This document shows, in pieces, positions 48,799 to 58,509 of a stretch of 64,000 bases of DNA. A program made the position numbers and the translations under genes. How positions within the stretch are numbered: position 1 is the first letter of the stretch; each line of letters begins with the position of its first letter. The notes beneath the pieces were generated by a model that saw only the letters and a list, made by a program, of their open reading frames with translations, was not told the origin of the DNA and searched no databases. This stretch comes from a virus: positions 47,401 to 111,400 of IMG/VR virus record IMGVR_UViG_3300021079_000001; one strand, given 5' to 3'.

Positions 48799-50769
48799 CT
48801 AATGGCTCCAACACTTTGCTATTTCTGCTGATGCTCTCAATTTGACTCTGGAGAAGTACAAAGCACCTGCATCTTCCATTGCCTTTACCAGTGCTTCTTT
48901 AACTGTTTGTTCCATATTCTCCGGACATTCTACTAGGTATTGATCATGGATAAACGATACTATGAATACCTTACCTAATAGATTATTCTCCCTTATCCAT
49001 TTGTAGAAGTAGATACCAGCTATCTTGGAAATAGAAGCGGCCTGACCTTGTATAGGGAAGTTATATGCCTTTCTACTTATCTCTCCCTTGATGCTGAAGT
49101 ACTCCCGAACTTTTGTTTTCATTAACTGAAAATGGTAATCTTCTGGATTACTCTCTTTCATCAATCTGTACTTTTCCCAGAAATTCCTATCGAATTCTCT
49201 GTGTAGCTCTCTGTACCTGGTATGGTTGTGGATATATGATTTCCTTTTGTTTCTAGTGTCTATCAGTATATAGCCATCTCTGAGTGCCTGGTCTTCACAT
49301 TTTTTGTAATGACTCTTCAACTCTTTGAATGCCTCGAAGTACAATTGATAGAACCTGTCACCTTCTTCCTGAGATATTTTCAGGTTATCTGCGACTGTCT
49401 TACCTACACCACCGAATGATACAGTAAACCCACCTACTTTCGCATTCTGTCTAAGAGCAGTATGGTGTTCTTTTACTTCTTCCATGGTTTTTCCCTGTAA
49501 TTCTGGATATATCTTCAATGCATTATAGCTATGGAAATCTGTGAATCCATTATCGAAAAACTCTAGTAGTCCTGGCTCCAGTGACTTGTTGGTGAGTACT
49601 ACTATTTCCATACTACTATAATCAGCATCTACTATACTATTACCTGGTGCAGATACGAAACAATTACGGGTCTGTGTATTATTGGGGAGATTCTGCAGAT
49701 TAATGTACTCCTCTTTTGTATCCTTGTTTTTTCCACCACAACTTGTTCTACCAGTATCCATTATCTGAGTGAATTGTGTATACACTCTTCCGGTAGATGG
49801 ATGTATCTGGTTGATAAAACTCTGGCCATATGTGCCTACTACTTTTTGTAGTTCTTTGTAGTGCAGATAGTCTTTGATAAATGGAAATTGTTCCTGATAT
49901 TTCTCTATGCTTTTGGCACTTGCTGACTGTTTCCTAACCCCTTTTACAGTTTCCCAACAGTCTATACCCAATTCTGTAAATAGCTTGATAACCTGCGCAG
50001 GAGAGTCCCAGTTGATTCTTGTAGTTAGCTCTGGATTGAATAGGTCCATCTGATAATTGATGTACTTCTTCATATCTTGTGAAAATATGAGATTATCCAT
50101 TAACTTTCTGGCATTTTGGAGCAACTGCTTATCCTTTTCCATCTTTAACTTCCATGCATCTGTATCTAACCGAATACCACAGAACTCTATATATGCTAAT
50201 ACCAGTACATAGTCATTCTCCAGATTGATGCATTTTACAAGGTCTTTCTCGTATGCTTCTATCAGTTGATTTTTCCGTAATGCATGTAGATACTTCACAT
50301 CATCTGCAGCGTACTGAATCACTTCTCCCTGTACAGCTTTATCTACTATACCTTTTCTCACTGATTTATCCAGGTCTACATCTAGCCTTTTCTTGGCTAC
50401 AATGTTCAATGCCTTTCTATGATATGCATCCCCACAGTACATGACACACTCTGCTAGGAATGTATCATATACTTTTGTGGGGAATATACCCGCCTTGTAT
50501 AAGAACTTCACATCGAACTTCATGTTGTGAGCTATGAGCCCCTTTGTCTCTAACAGTAGCTTGAATGACTGCAGATGTACTGGATGGATTACAAACTGAT
50601 TATCGGCATCTCCTAACTGGAAACATTTGATATCATTGTCCATAAAGTGGAGTCCATTTGTCTCTGTATCAATAGCTATCCATTCATGATCCTGTAAGTA
50701 ATCTATACAGCTGTTCACATTACACTGCAGGAACTGTCCATCTGTAAATCCAATTACATATATACTCAT
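48799..50769 (-). CDS. polA: DNA polymerase family A with 3'-5' exonuclease
   Basis: DTET, HNMKFD, YAADD; TGR.S, NLQNLP, DYSSME, R..AK, NFPIQG, IHD. Confidence 0.95.
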   Translation of the reverse strand: MSIYVIGFTDGQFLQCNVNSCIDYLQDHEWIAIDTETNGLHFMDNDIKCFQLGDADNQFVIHPVHLQSFKLLLETKGLIAHNMKFDVKFLYKAGIFPTKVYDTFLAECVMYCGDAYHRKALNIVAKKRLDVDLDKSVRKGIVDKAVQGEVIQYAADDVKYLHALRKNQLIEAYEKDLVKCINLENDYVLVLAYIEFCGIRLDTDAWKLKMEKDKQLLQNARKLMDNLIFSQDMKKYINYQMDLFNPELTTRINWDSPAQVIKLFTELGIDCWETVKGVRKQSASAKSIEKYQEQFPFIKDYLHYKELQKVVGTYGQSFINQIHPSTGRVYTQFTQIMDTGRTSCGGKNKDTKEEYINLQNLPNNTQTRNCFVSAPGNSIVDADYSSMEIVVLTNKSLEPGLLEFFDNGFTDFHSYNALKIYPELQGKTMEEVKEHHTALRQNAKVGGFTVSFGGVGKTVADNLKISQEEGDRFYQLYFEAFKELKSHYKKCEDQALRDGYILIDTRNKRKSYIHNHTRYRELHREFDRNFWEKYRLMKESNPEDYHFQLMKTKVREYFSIKGEISRKAYNFPIQGQAASISKIAGIYFYKWIRENNLLGKVFIVSFIHDQYLVECPENMEQTVKEALVKAMEDAGALYFSRVKLRASAEIAKCWSH

Positions 50770-50793
50770 TCTATTATCTGTTTTATTTGTATA

Positions 50794-51102
50794 TTATCCG
50801 TTCAACTCTTGTTGTAATGTTATTATCTTTTCCTGGGTATTTGCATTGCTCTTTTTCAGGTACTCCAATTGTTCTGCTATTTTCACCTTTTTCAACACTT
50901 CTGCGTCTTCTATTGTGAATACTATATAATCTCCATACCCTACTTCTTTCCACAGTCCTTTATCACCCATATAGAAAGTAGCAAGTACTTCTCCACCATA
51001 TGACCCCTCTTTCTGCACCTGGAATGCTGTTGTTTCCTTGATAGCTTCATATGTTACATACCATGCTTGTTTTACTTCGATATTAGTTGTTTGATTTTCC
51101 AT
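50794..51102 (-). CDS. Hypothetical protein
   Basis: ORF with coiled C-terminus. Confidence 0.5.
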   Translation of the reverse strand: MENQTTNIEVKQAWYVTYEAIKETTAFQVQKEGSYGGEVLATFYMGDKGLWKEVGYGDYIVFTIEDAEVLKKVKIAEQLEYLKKSNANTQEKIITLQQELNG

Positions 51103-51103
51103 A

Positions 51104-51295
51104 TTATTGTTTGTTTGCTTGTTGATTAGTTATTTGTTCTTTATTTATTTTCCTATTCTTACTTACTGCTCGTACACAATAGAGTATAGTATTACCTATT
51201 GATTCCAGTATACAACTAACTAGTAGTATCACAAATGCCATACAGCATATGGTCATTGCCCAATGGTCTGACATTGTTTGTAGTGCTTCTTTCAT
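51104..51295 (-). CDS. Small membrane protein
   Basis: TM helix. Confidence 0.45.
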   Translation of the reverse strand: MKEALQTMSDHWAMTICCMAFVILLVSCILESIGNTILYCVRAVSKNRKINKEQITNQQANKQ

Positions 51296-51298
51296 AAA

Positions 51299-51490
51299 CT
51301 ATTCTTTTATTGCTTGTGCTGGTATGATTTCTACACAATCTACCCAGTTTTTTCCTCCTATTTGGACGGTTGGATGCTGCCTGGTTTCTACTGCCCCAGA
51401 GAATAGGGACAGTAACATGAGCTTCTCTATTTCTGTTTCCGGGGATACATACATAGTTGTAGATCCATTTTGTGTCATGATTATTTTCAT
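51299..51490 (-). CDS. Hypothetical protein
   Basis: ORF in operon. Confidence 0.5.
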   Translation of the reverse strand: MKIIMTQNGSTTMYVSPETEIEKLMLLSLFSGAVETRQHPTVQIGGKNWVDCVEIIPAQAIKE

Positions 51491-51624
51491 CGTATATGTT
51501 GTTTGATACAGTTTCTAATTGGATATATTATACTACGAAATAGCCCTCCATCATATCCGAAATAAAGTATCAGATGCAATATACATATACCAAATAATAT
51601 TGCTGTGATTATATCTTTCATTGT

Positions 51625-51807
51625 TTATTTGATTTTCATTCCTCCGAGATCCATTTCAAAATCTTCTGCATCTAACCCCGTATCATCTGGTGCATTGTAT
51701 GGTAATTCGCCTATTTGTCCAATATAGTGTTTATACCCACTAGTAGATCTATTCCTATCATTATCTAGTATTTTAACTTTTTTGCCTATTATTTTTTCTC
51801 TATTCAT
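51625..51807 (-). CDS. Hypothetical protein
   Basis: GKKVKI..YIGQIG SH3-like start, possibly truncated. Confidence 0.4.
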   Translation of the reverse strand: MNREKIIGKKVKILDNDRNRSTSGYKHYIGQIGELPYNAPDDTGLDAEDFEMDLGGMKIK

Positions 51808-51878
51808 ATATTTGATTATTGCAGTAGTCTATCTGAACTGTGTCTATCAGTCAATGATATTATACTGGTGTGAGTTGA

Positions 51879-52205
51879 TTATTTGAATTCTTTATCATTT
51901 ACTAATACCCGCACACCCTTGGAGAACATCAGATTATCTATCAGTTTACCACTTCTCTGATAATTGTCCATCAGTTGAATCTGGGCTTGTTCTCTCATCT
52001 GTTTTCTGATACCTGCTATTTCAGCTAGTATCTGTTGTTTCCGTTGTTCGCTATAATTCCAGTTCAATCGGTTACCTTGTATATAATTAGCTACTACATC
52101 TGCAGTTGCTTTCTTGTGCTCTGGCACATGTGCTTGGACAGTTGACATATCTAATGTACTGCCTGCCAGTATCAATACTGCACCTAATTTGGTTGATTGT
52201 TTCAT
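51879..52205 (-). CDS. Hypothetical protein
   Basis: A/C-rich leader. Confidence 0.55.
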   Translation of the reverse strand: MKQSTKLGAVLILAGSTLDMSTVQAHVPEHKKATADVVANYIQGNRLNWNYSEQRKQQILAEIAGIRKQMREQAQIQLMDNYQRSGKLIDNLMFSKGVRVLVNDKEFK

Positions 52206-52243
52206 TTGATTTGATTGTTTGTATTGTGTGAATTAAATTGTTG

Positions 52244-52645
52244 CTATTTATCTAGTGGATTACCATATATACCATTCATGAAATCTTCATCATGTTCTTC
52301 TACCCATTCCCGGTATCCTTTGTGTATATAACTACTTTTGTCTATTGGCCATGTTTTCTCTACATGTGGACGTTCTACCTCTTCATGTACTTCATGTATA
52401 TGGCATTCTATCTCTTGCTGTAGTGCGTAATATTTGTTCATCCATTCTTTACCTTTTCTAAGAGTATTATCTATATCTATACGCAATTTCCATTCTGAGT
52501 CTGATAATCTCTCTACTTCTTCTATATGTCTCTGTAACATTTCTTTGTATCTATTCTCAGCTCTCCAATACCCAATTATATATGAGAGACCTATCAGTAT
52601 ACCTGCTACTATTGTACTCAATATGCTTACCTGTTCTGTTGTCAT
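52244..52645 (-). CDS. Membrane-anchored coiled-coil protein
   Basis: N-terminal TM. Confidence 0.55.
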   Translation of the reverse strand: MTTEQVSILSTIVAGILIGLSYIIGYWRAENRYKEMLQRHIEEVERLSDSEWKLRIDIDNTLRKGKEWMNKYYALQQEIECHIHEVHEEVERPHVEKTWPIDKSSYIHKGYREWVEEHDEDFMNGIYGNPLDK

Positions 52646-52851
52646 ATAATTCGTTTGTTGTGTAGTTCCTGTAATAGTTCTATCTTGGCCCCATATACTG
52701 TCCTGGTATGCTGTTCTATGGCAGATGGGTCTATATTACCCATTACCTTTTCTATACCTGCTACTGTCTCTCCATTTCCCCCTATGAGGTGCGCATACTT
52801 CCATAACCAGAGTGGAAGAATATATTCATCTGTCTGTGTATCTGTTGTCAT
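52642..52851 (-). CDS. Hypothetical protein
   Basis: ORF in operon. Confidence 0.5.
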   Translation of the reverse strand: MTTDTQTDEYILPLWLWKYAHLIGGNGETVAGIEKVMGNIDPSAIEQHTRTVYGAKIELLQELHNKRII

Positions 52852-52852
52852 A

Positions 52853-53035
52853 TTATTGCTCTTTATTTTTCTGGTTCATGTATTGTTGTGTCTTCTTAAC
52901 TACTATTGGTGGGCTACTTTCATCTATAGGGTACTGGTATGCTTTTTTCTTCGGTTTTCCTGGCATGAATGTATCTTTCCCTTTCCTTGGATTATTGGGG
53001 TAATTGCTGCTGATATCGTCTGTATATTTTGCCAT
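52853..53035 (-). CDS. Small basic protein
   Basis: ORF in operon. Confidence 0.45.
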   Translation of the reverse strand: MAKYTDDISSNYPNNPRKGKDTFMPGKPKKKAYQYPIDESSPPIVVKKTQQYMNQKNKEQ

Positions 53036-53480
53036 AGAGTTGTATTATTTCTGTGATATACTTTTCGTGTAATTCTCTTGTATATAATAACATACCTGCT
53101 TTTGTGATATACATCTTGTATGGCTGACTATACTTCAGGTATCGATGTATCAATCCATGATCTTTTGAAGATAGTTCTATAGTGTCTTTCCAATGTTCCT
53201 CATTATATGACCAGTGATGCATTATATTACCAGGAGATTTCTTTATATGACCTGCTGCATAATGGGCTCCTTTCTTTTCTGGATATTTTGCATAGAACTC
53301 GGTTTTCAGTTCTTGCTTCCTCTTTTTCTCCGGTTTTTTCATTGAGACATTACCTGTATGATATTTGTCCACCCTTTCCTGCTTTGTACATTCTTTACAA
53401 CGTGGTCTACATTTACCAGATGGTTTCTTATAGAACTCATCATTTTCCTTTTCTACTTTACATTTTGCACAGACTTTCAT
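52992..53480 (-). CDS. Zinc-finger HNH-like endonuclease
   Basis: CAKC..EFY..CKEC; HHWSY....L...H..IH. Confidence 0.75.
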   Translation of the reverse strand: MKVCAKCKVEKENDEFYKKPSGKCRPRCKECTKQERVDKYHTGNVSMKKPEKKRKQELKTEFYAKYPEKKGAHYAAGHIKKSPGNIMHHWSYNEEHWKDTIELSSKDHGLIHRYLKYSQPYKMYITKAGMLLYTRELHEKYITEIIQLYGKIYRRYQQQLPQ

Positions 53481-53584
53481 ATAATGAACAATCCCAGTGA
53501 GAGCTTTGGACTGCCATCCTCGGCCCTTACTGGGATATCAATATCTATGATCACTGTGGCAGCAGTAGTATCTTCACAAATCTA
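53481..53584 (-). promoter_or_regulatory. Promoter + kissing-loop leader D
   Basis: TAGATTTG; ACTG-CTGCCA-CAGT; hairpin ATCCCAGT..GGA-TGGCAG-TCC..ACTGGGAT. Confidence 0.7.
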
Positions 53585-53825
53585 CTACCTATATTCGATA
53601 TTTTCAACAGTCTATATAACATATTTGTTTCACTAATCTATCCATTGCCACCCAGCAGTAGTTGGAGAGATGGTCTGTACTATTTCCTGTATCTGTTCTT
53701 GCATATGGTTGGTTTGTAATTGGTTCAACTAATATTTTACTGATATACAGATACCAGAGCTATTACACTCCAGTATCTATTCTATCAGCTTATTCACACA
53801 CATACACGGTCAATCAAACCTGTAA

Positions 53826-54950
53826 TCACTTTATACTCTCTTTTACATTCTTGCGTATCTGGATACACTCTTTCAGCAGATCTATTTGTTCCTGTGTCAA
53901 CAATACCTGCATTAGTGGTGCTGGTTTTTCTGGGCTCTTCTTACTGCTATCTATATACTGTTGTCTCTTTTTTGTAGATGCCCAGTATTTGTAGTTTATT
54001 GTATTCGGATTGTACAGACTATCAGGATCATCAGATCCTGTGCCTCCAGTACTCGTTTCTAACCAGTACAGTATTAGATGTTGCTTTCTGTATACATTTA
54101 TATCATCCTCTGTTACGAACAGCAGTTTCTTCTCTGTAGGAGCACCCACTTTCTTACAGTTTTCTATACCCACACCATGTGTACGGAACTGCTTGGTCTT
54201 TATCAACAGGTTGTTCTTATCATTGACCATGAACCCTTCTACCTGTATTAGTGTATCCTTCATATGTGTACACTCTGCAGTGATCCAATCACCTATGGTT
54301 ATCTCTTCAGATGTTGGTGTTGCTTTGACTGTACCTATCTCCCATATACCTTTACCAAAACCTTGTAACCATACTGATATATTCCATATACCACCAATAT
54401 CTTCACATACCTTTTTGATGTTTCGTAACTTTGTTATCTGCCATGTAGGTTCTACTGGTACTGGTACAGCAACTGCATATGGTATATGTGTCTTGAATGA
54501 TTTGCCATTGCAGCAGAGATATATATGTTCACTATTATCTATATTGAACTTTTCTATCACCATTTCTCCCAATGCAGGGTTCATCATATGCATGTACTTG
54601 TCACCTACAGTCCATATACTGGAGTCACTACTGCGAGATACTTGCCATATAGTGTCTCCTCGTTTTTTGCTGAATGATTTCAATGACCAACCTGATACTT
54701 TTGCATACTGGGGATCAATTTGCCTATACTCACCATCAGCGCATAGCTGATATATGGTATCGGTACTAGTTTTCCACTGCAGTATTGTATACTCTGGTTC
54801 TTCCTCTTCTGTAATGAGTTCCCAATCATCTCCAGCTTCTATTATCCATGCTGGTATGGGTGTATGATTGTTCTCTACTCTGTAATAATTACTATCTTCC
54901 ATCAAAGTAGCTATTTTGCTTCTGACTTTGTGTTTGTATTTCTTTTCCAT
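53826..54950 (-). CDS. Repeat-domain hypothetical protein
   Basis: Two I..V.......T(V/I)GD repeats plus LFVTED domain. Confidence 0.6.
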   Translation of the reverse strand: MEKKYKHKVRSKIATLMEDSNYYRVENNHTPIPAWIIEAGDDWELITEEEEPEYTILQWKTSTDTIYQLCADGEYRQIDPQYAKVSGWSLKSFSKKRGDTIWQVSRSSDSSIWTVGDKYMHMMNPALGEMVIEKFNIDNSEHIYLCCNGKSFKTHIPYAVAVPVPVEPTWQITKLRNIKKVCEDIGGIWNISVWLQGFGKGIWEIGTVKATPTSEEITIGDWITAECTHMKDTLIQVEGFMVNDKNNLLIKTKQFRTHGVGIENCKKVGAPTEKKLLFVTEDDINVYRKQHLILYWLETSTGGTGSDDPDSLYNPNTINYKYWASTKKRQQYIDSSKKSPEKPAPLMQVLLTQEQIDLLKECIQIRKNVKESIK

Positions 54951-54985
54951 TTGATTGTGTTTGTATATTGTGTGAATAATTTGTT

Positions 54986-55321
54986 TTATTGGTACCAGCT
55001 AACATCGGCAGGTGTACATGATATATCATACCCAACTAGTCCTACCCATCTGGAACCATCATCGGCTATATATCCTGACCATTTCCTGACTTCTTTTTGT
55101 TCTATGGGTATGTAGCAGCCCCACTGAATAGCTACACCAGATGATAATAGCCAGTCTCTATATGGTTCATCATGCTTTTTCACCCATCCCCAGGTTTTTC
55201 CCCGATATTTCCCTGTAGTGATTTCACAACTATCTACACTCACATAACCAGAGAGATCCATCGGTTCTACCTTCTTCTCTACTGGTTTCTGTGTGGGTAT
55301 AACTTTTCTGGATAATTGCAT
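54986..55321 (-). CDS. Hypothetical protein with GKYRG..Y..WL motif
   Basis: TGKYRGKTW..DEPYRDWL resembles ExoX C-terminal/DUF3820-type motif. Confidence 0.55.
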   Translation of the reverse strand: MQLSRKVIPTQKPVEKKVEPMDLSGYVSVDSCEITTGKYRGKTWGWVKKHDEPYRDWLLSSGVAIQWGCYIPIEQKEVRKWSGYIADDGSRWVGLVGYDISCTPADVSWYQ

Positions 55322-55515
55322 TATCGGATAACAATAAATTGTCCAACATATAGACCATTGATCAATTTTCTCTCTAACCGTACTATCCTGTATCTGGTAA
55401 GTAGATTGATCAGTGCTATCTGTAATTGTGCTGCAGTACGAGCCATAAATGATATTACTCTTTGTACTCTATCTGCGAACCGTATATACTTCGTGGTGTT
55501 CTTGCTCTTTTTCAT
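55321..55515 (-). CDS. Small basic protein
   Basis: Start at MKKSK after A/C-rich leader. Confidence 0.5.
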   Translation of the reverse strand: MKKSKNTTKYIRFADRVQRVISFMARTAAQLQIALINLLTRYRIVRLERKLINGLYVGQFIVIR

Positions 55516-55651
55516 GATTGATTGTTTTTGATTCGTGAATTGATATTGATACTTACACACTTCCTTCAGGATCAACGTAAACCCTATAGAGTTGCCCAAC
55601 AGAGCACTTTAATGCTGTTGAGCTACTTAGATACTCTGCAGAGGTAACAAC

Positions 55652-55891
55652 TTATTGCCATTGGTATTTTGCTTCCGGAATCAGTTCTTCCAGTTTGAAT
55701 TCCCGGCTATACACTTTCCATTCTGGATGGTCTTTCTGTATCTCAGACAGCAGATGGTGGGCTTTCCGATACTCAGACTGTTGTAAACCATAATCTGACC
55801 AATAAGGCACATGAACTGTATCATCTGCATAGTTGGAGACATGCTCAACAACTGTATTACCTGTTTCGTCTTTGACTAATAATGCATACAT
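55652..55891 (-). CDS. Hypothetical protein
   Basis: Start at MYALL after A/C-rich leader. Confidence 0.55.
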   Translation of the reverse strand: MYALLVKDETGNTVVEHVSNYADDTVHVPYWSDYGLQQSEYRKAHHLLSEIQKDHPEWKVYSREFKLEELIPEAKYQWQ

Positions 55892-55918
55892 AATTGATTG
55901 ATTTTGATTTGTGAATAA

Positions 55919-55967
55919 TGGCACCTGTAGACAATAACGAATTGTACTCTATCCTCTACTACAGATG
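55919..55967 (-). ncRNA. tRNA-like minihelix T3 ending in GCCA
   Basis: CATCTGTAG..ACAA-TTCGTTA-TTGT-CTACAGGT-G-CCA. Confidence 0.5.
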
Positions 55968-55985
55968 AATGAACAATAACTATTA

Positions 55986-56252
55986 CTACTCCATATCAGG
56001 TTCATATCCAATATCCTCCGATAGCTGAGATAATAGGTCTATTTCACTGGGTATCTCTACTACAGTGAATGATATATCCAATATATATCTCTGCCCTGTG
56101 ATAGTACCATCTACCGAATCTACTTCATACAGCATACCTGTAGACTTTACAGCATATATGTATCGCGTTTTCTCATCTGCAGGATTTGTACATTTGGTAC
56201 TCCACTCTGTAAGCATTACTGCATCTGGATACTCTTGTATATTCGTTTTCAT
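55986..56252 (-). CDS. Acidic hypothetical protein
   Basis: ORF in operon. Confidence 0.5.
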   Translation of the reverse strand: MKTNIQEYPDAVMLTEWSTKCTNPADEKTRYIYAVKSTGMLYEVDSVDGTITGQRYILDISFTVVEIPSEIDLLSQLSEDIGYEPDME

Positions 56253-56320
56253 ACTATTGTACCAGATACACTGGCATATTTGACTGTGTGAACAATAACT
56301 AATAACAACTAACTACTACA

Positions 56321-56842
56321 CTACTTCTTGATTTTCTCATCTTGTGTGATATCCCGGAATATTGTCAGCAACTCACAGTTGAGTGCTTTTTTCTTCCTGG
56401 CTATATATGGATTCAGCATGTATATCTTCTGTACATGACCAGTTGGCGCACATACACAATAGCTGAGTATGTTCTTCTTGACCATTCTACGTACCATCTC
56501 ATAGAACTTATTCTTGTCCATCTGGAGTGCTGCTGAGAGTGTATCAGATGAATGTGGCTTATAGTTGGCCGAACATATTACCGAACAATCACCAATAACC
56601 ATATTACCTATCTGGAATACTCTACTCACATCAGTTCTATTCAATGTACGTAACAGGTACTCAACAGCATCAGACGAGAATACCACATAGTTATCTGTAT
56701 CTATTCTGAAATGGTCAGTGGGTTTCTGCATCTTTGCTGTATTCCCATCTGATTCATCCAGCATTGTCTTGCCTGTGCTGATATGTTCATACTCATCCAT
56801 AGGGATATTACTTTCTGTAACCAATTTCTTTACCAGTTGCAT
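56321..56842 (-). CDS. RepL-like winged-helix DNA-binding protein
   Basis: HTH LSAALQMDK..FY..V..MVKKNIL and YMLNPYIA; own TATATTGC promoter-like element. Confidence 0.6.
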   Translation of the reverse strand: MQLVKKLVTESNIPMDEYEHISTGKTMLDESDGNTAKMQKPTDHFRIDTDNYVVFSSDAVEYLLRTLNRTDVSRVFQIGNMVIGDCSVICSANYKPHSSDTLSAALQMDKNKFYEMVRRMVKKNILSYCVCAPTGHVQKIYMLNPYIARKKKALNCELLTIFRDITQDEKIKK

Positions 56843-57069
56843 ATGTGTATAATTTGAGTGCAATATACACAATACTATCCACATCTGGATACTTTTGGGC
56901 AGATTTGTATCCATAATTGGATACTATTGGTAACTGAACAAATGCAGTACCAATATAGCATACAGGTATATTCTGGCACATCTGGCTTTATTGTTATTAC
57001 CTGTTATTCCTGTATATGCTATTCTATTACCAGTACACTATTCTCTACCGGTAGTATATAGTATATACA

Positions 57070-57162
57070 TGTAGCATCAACAGCAGGATTATCCATGGAG
57101 TATAGAGGATTCTGATACACCTCTCGCCGGTTTCATTCCATTTACCTACTGCTGACACTACA
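57070..57162 (-). ncRNA. Candidate structured RNA (18-bp GU-rich closing stem)
   Basis: TGTAGTGTCAGCAGTAGG / CCTGCTGTTGATGCTACA with inner ATGGA/TCCAT and AGAGG/CCTCT stems. Confidence 0.5.
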
Positions 57163-57246
57163 GGTACTACACTGCATATATGAATGAATGAATCTGCAGA
57201 TAAAACACATACACAACCAACTGTTGTATAGAGGTGTTGATATGGA

Positions 57247-57474
57247 TTAGTCTTCGAAGTATCCTATTGTAGGAGGAGTACCTATACGTGCACATGCCTG
57301 TATCTCTGTTCTTACCATATTCATACGTAACCGGATAATATTGAGGAGCATCTGGCCAGATTTCATATCTTTAGATTTTCCCCATTCAGTTGCATAATGT
57401 TCCCGTAAGTTAGCTACATCTTTTTTACATGCCTGTATCTCAGCATAGTCACTTAGTTGTTTCAGTTGTCCCAT
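57247..57474 (-). CDS. Hypothetical protein
   Basis: Overlaps upstream Zn-finger gene. Confidence 0.5.
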   Translation of the reverse strand: MGQLKQLSDYAEIQACKKDVANLREHYATEWGKSKDMKSGQMLLNIIRLRMNMVRTEIQACARIGTPPTIGYFED

Positions 57475-58246
57475 ATAGTTGTTGTTTTAGTTGTTTGAAC
57501 TCTCTGTATAATTTGACAGATTCTCTTTTTAACTCTATTATCTCAGGTGTTATATTATTAGTCGGTATACCTATAGTTTCTCGTATCAATGTTTTCACAT
57601 AGGAATCAGTTATCTCTGCACTTCTTTTCAATCCATAATCTTTGAGGTATGCTCTCAACTCAGGACTATCTGCTCTCAATTTTCTCATTTTTTCTGTACA
57701 GCATCCTGTGCAATATGATTCATATGTATTACTTTGTTTTCTATAACCAAAGTTCTCTTTACGATCTTTACTTTCCTTACATCCAAGGCATATTCGATTA
57801 TTTCCCTGATCCCGATCATTCAGCCATTGTCTGTATCGCTTTATTTGATTACGTCTTTCTTCTATTTGTTCAAGGGTTAGATTATCTACTACTGTTCTCA
57901 TTGTTTGTGCTATATAATCAGGAGCAAGTGCTTGTCTCTTTGCTTTTGCTGCTTGGGCTGGAGTTACTCTCTTTACATCTCCGTAGTCATACTTTCTTGA
58001 ACTAAGAGACATCTGATCAATATATGCAGATTTATACTCTTCTAGTGTATTCACTTCAAGTTCTTTCATTCTCCTGGCACGTATCTTATCTGTCCTTTGT
58101 TTGCCATTACATTTCTTACATACAGATCGGAATGATATAGAATCCTTCTTCAGATACCCAACACCTGCTTTAGTTACTTTGGTATACCAGTGTTCATGAG
58201 TTAGTGGAAATTCTACATGGCAATACCCACATATTTTAGTTCTCAT
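57449..58246 (-). CDS. Tandem zinc-finger protein with duplicated helical module
   Basis: Two CxxC..CxxC units each followed by a D/S-Y-I/V..T.E.IE..R..K.YR module. Confidence 0.6.
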   Translation of the reverse strand: MRTKICGYCHVEFPLTHEHWYTKVTKAGVGYLKKDSISFRSVCKKCNGKQRTDKIRARRMKELEVNTLEEYKSAYIDQMSLSSRKYDYGDVKRVTPAQAAKAKRQALAPDYIAQTMRTVVDNLTLEQIEERRNQIKRYRQWLNDRDQGNNRICLGCKESKDRKENFGYRKQSNTYESYCTGCCTEKMRKLRADSPELRAYLKDYGLKRSAEITDSYVKTLIRETIGIPTNNITPEIIELKRESVKLYREFKQLKQQLYGTTETTK

Positions 58247-58271
58247 ATAGTATAGTTTTGAGTGTAATTGG

Positions 58272-58310
58272 AAAAACATCTACAGATACCAATACGATAC
58301 CTGTAGATGT
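58272..58310 (-). terminator. Intrinsic terminator
   Basis: 15-bp stem ACATCTACAGGTATC/GGTATCTGTAGATGT then T-run. Confidence 0.65.
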
Positions 58311-58509
58311 CAGTAGAACGATTTACAGAAGAGCTGCTACTGGTTATCACGATACTCTGTGATAGCATCTATCAACTCACTGATGGAGCATACCTGAAGT
58401 ACACATCCATTATCGAGGATTAACATAATATCTACAGACGAGGAACTACCCTGCTGTAGACCAAACTTACTTCCTGTAGAGACAAGGCTGAAAGGTAACC
58501 TAAGTGAAC

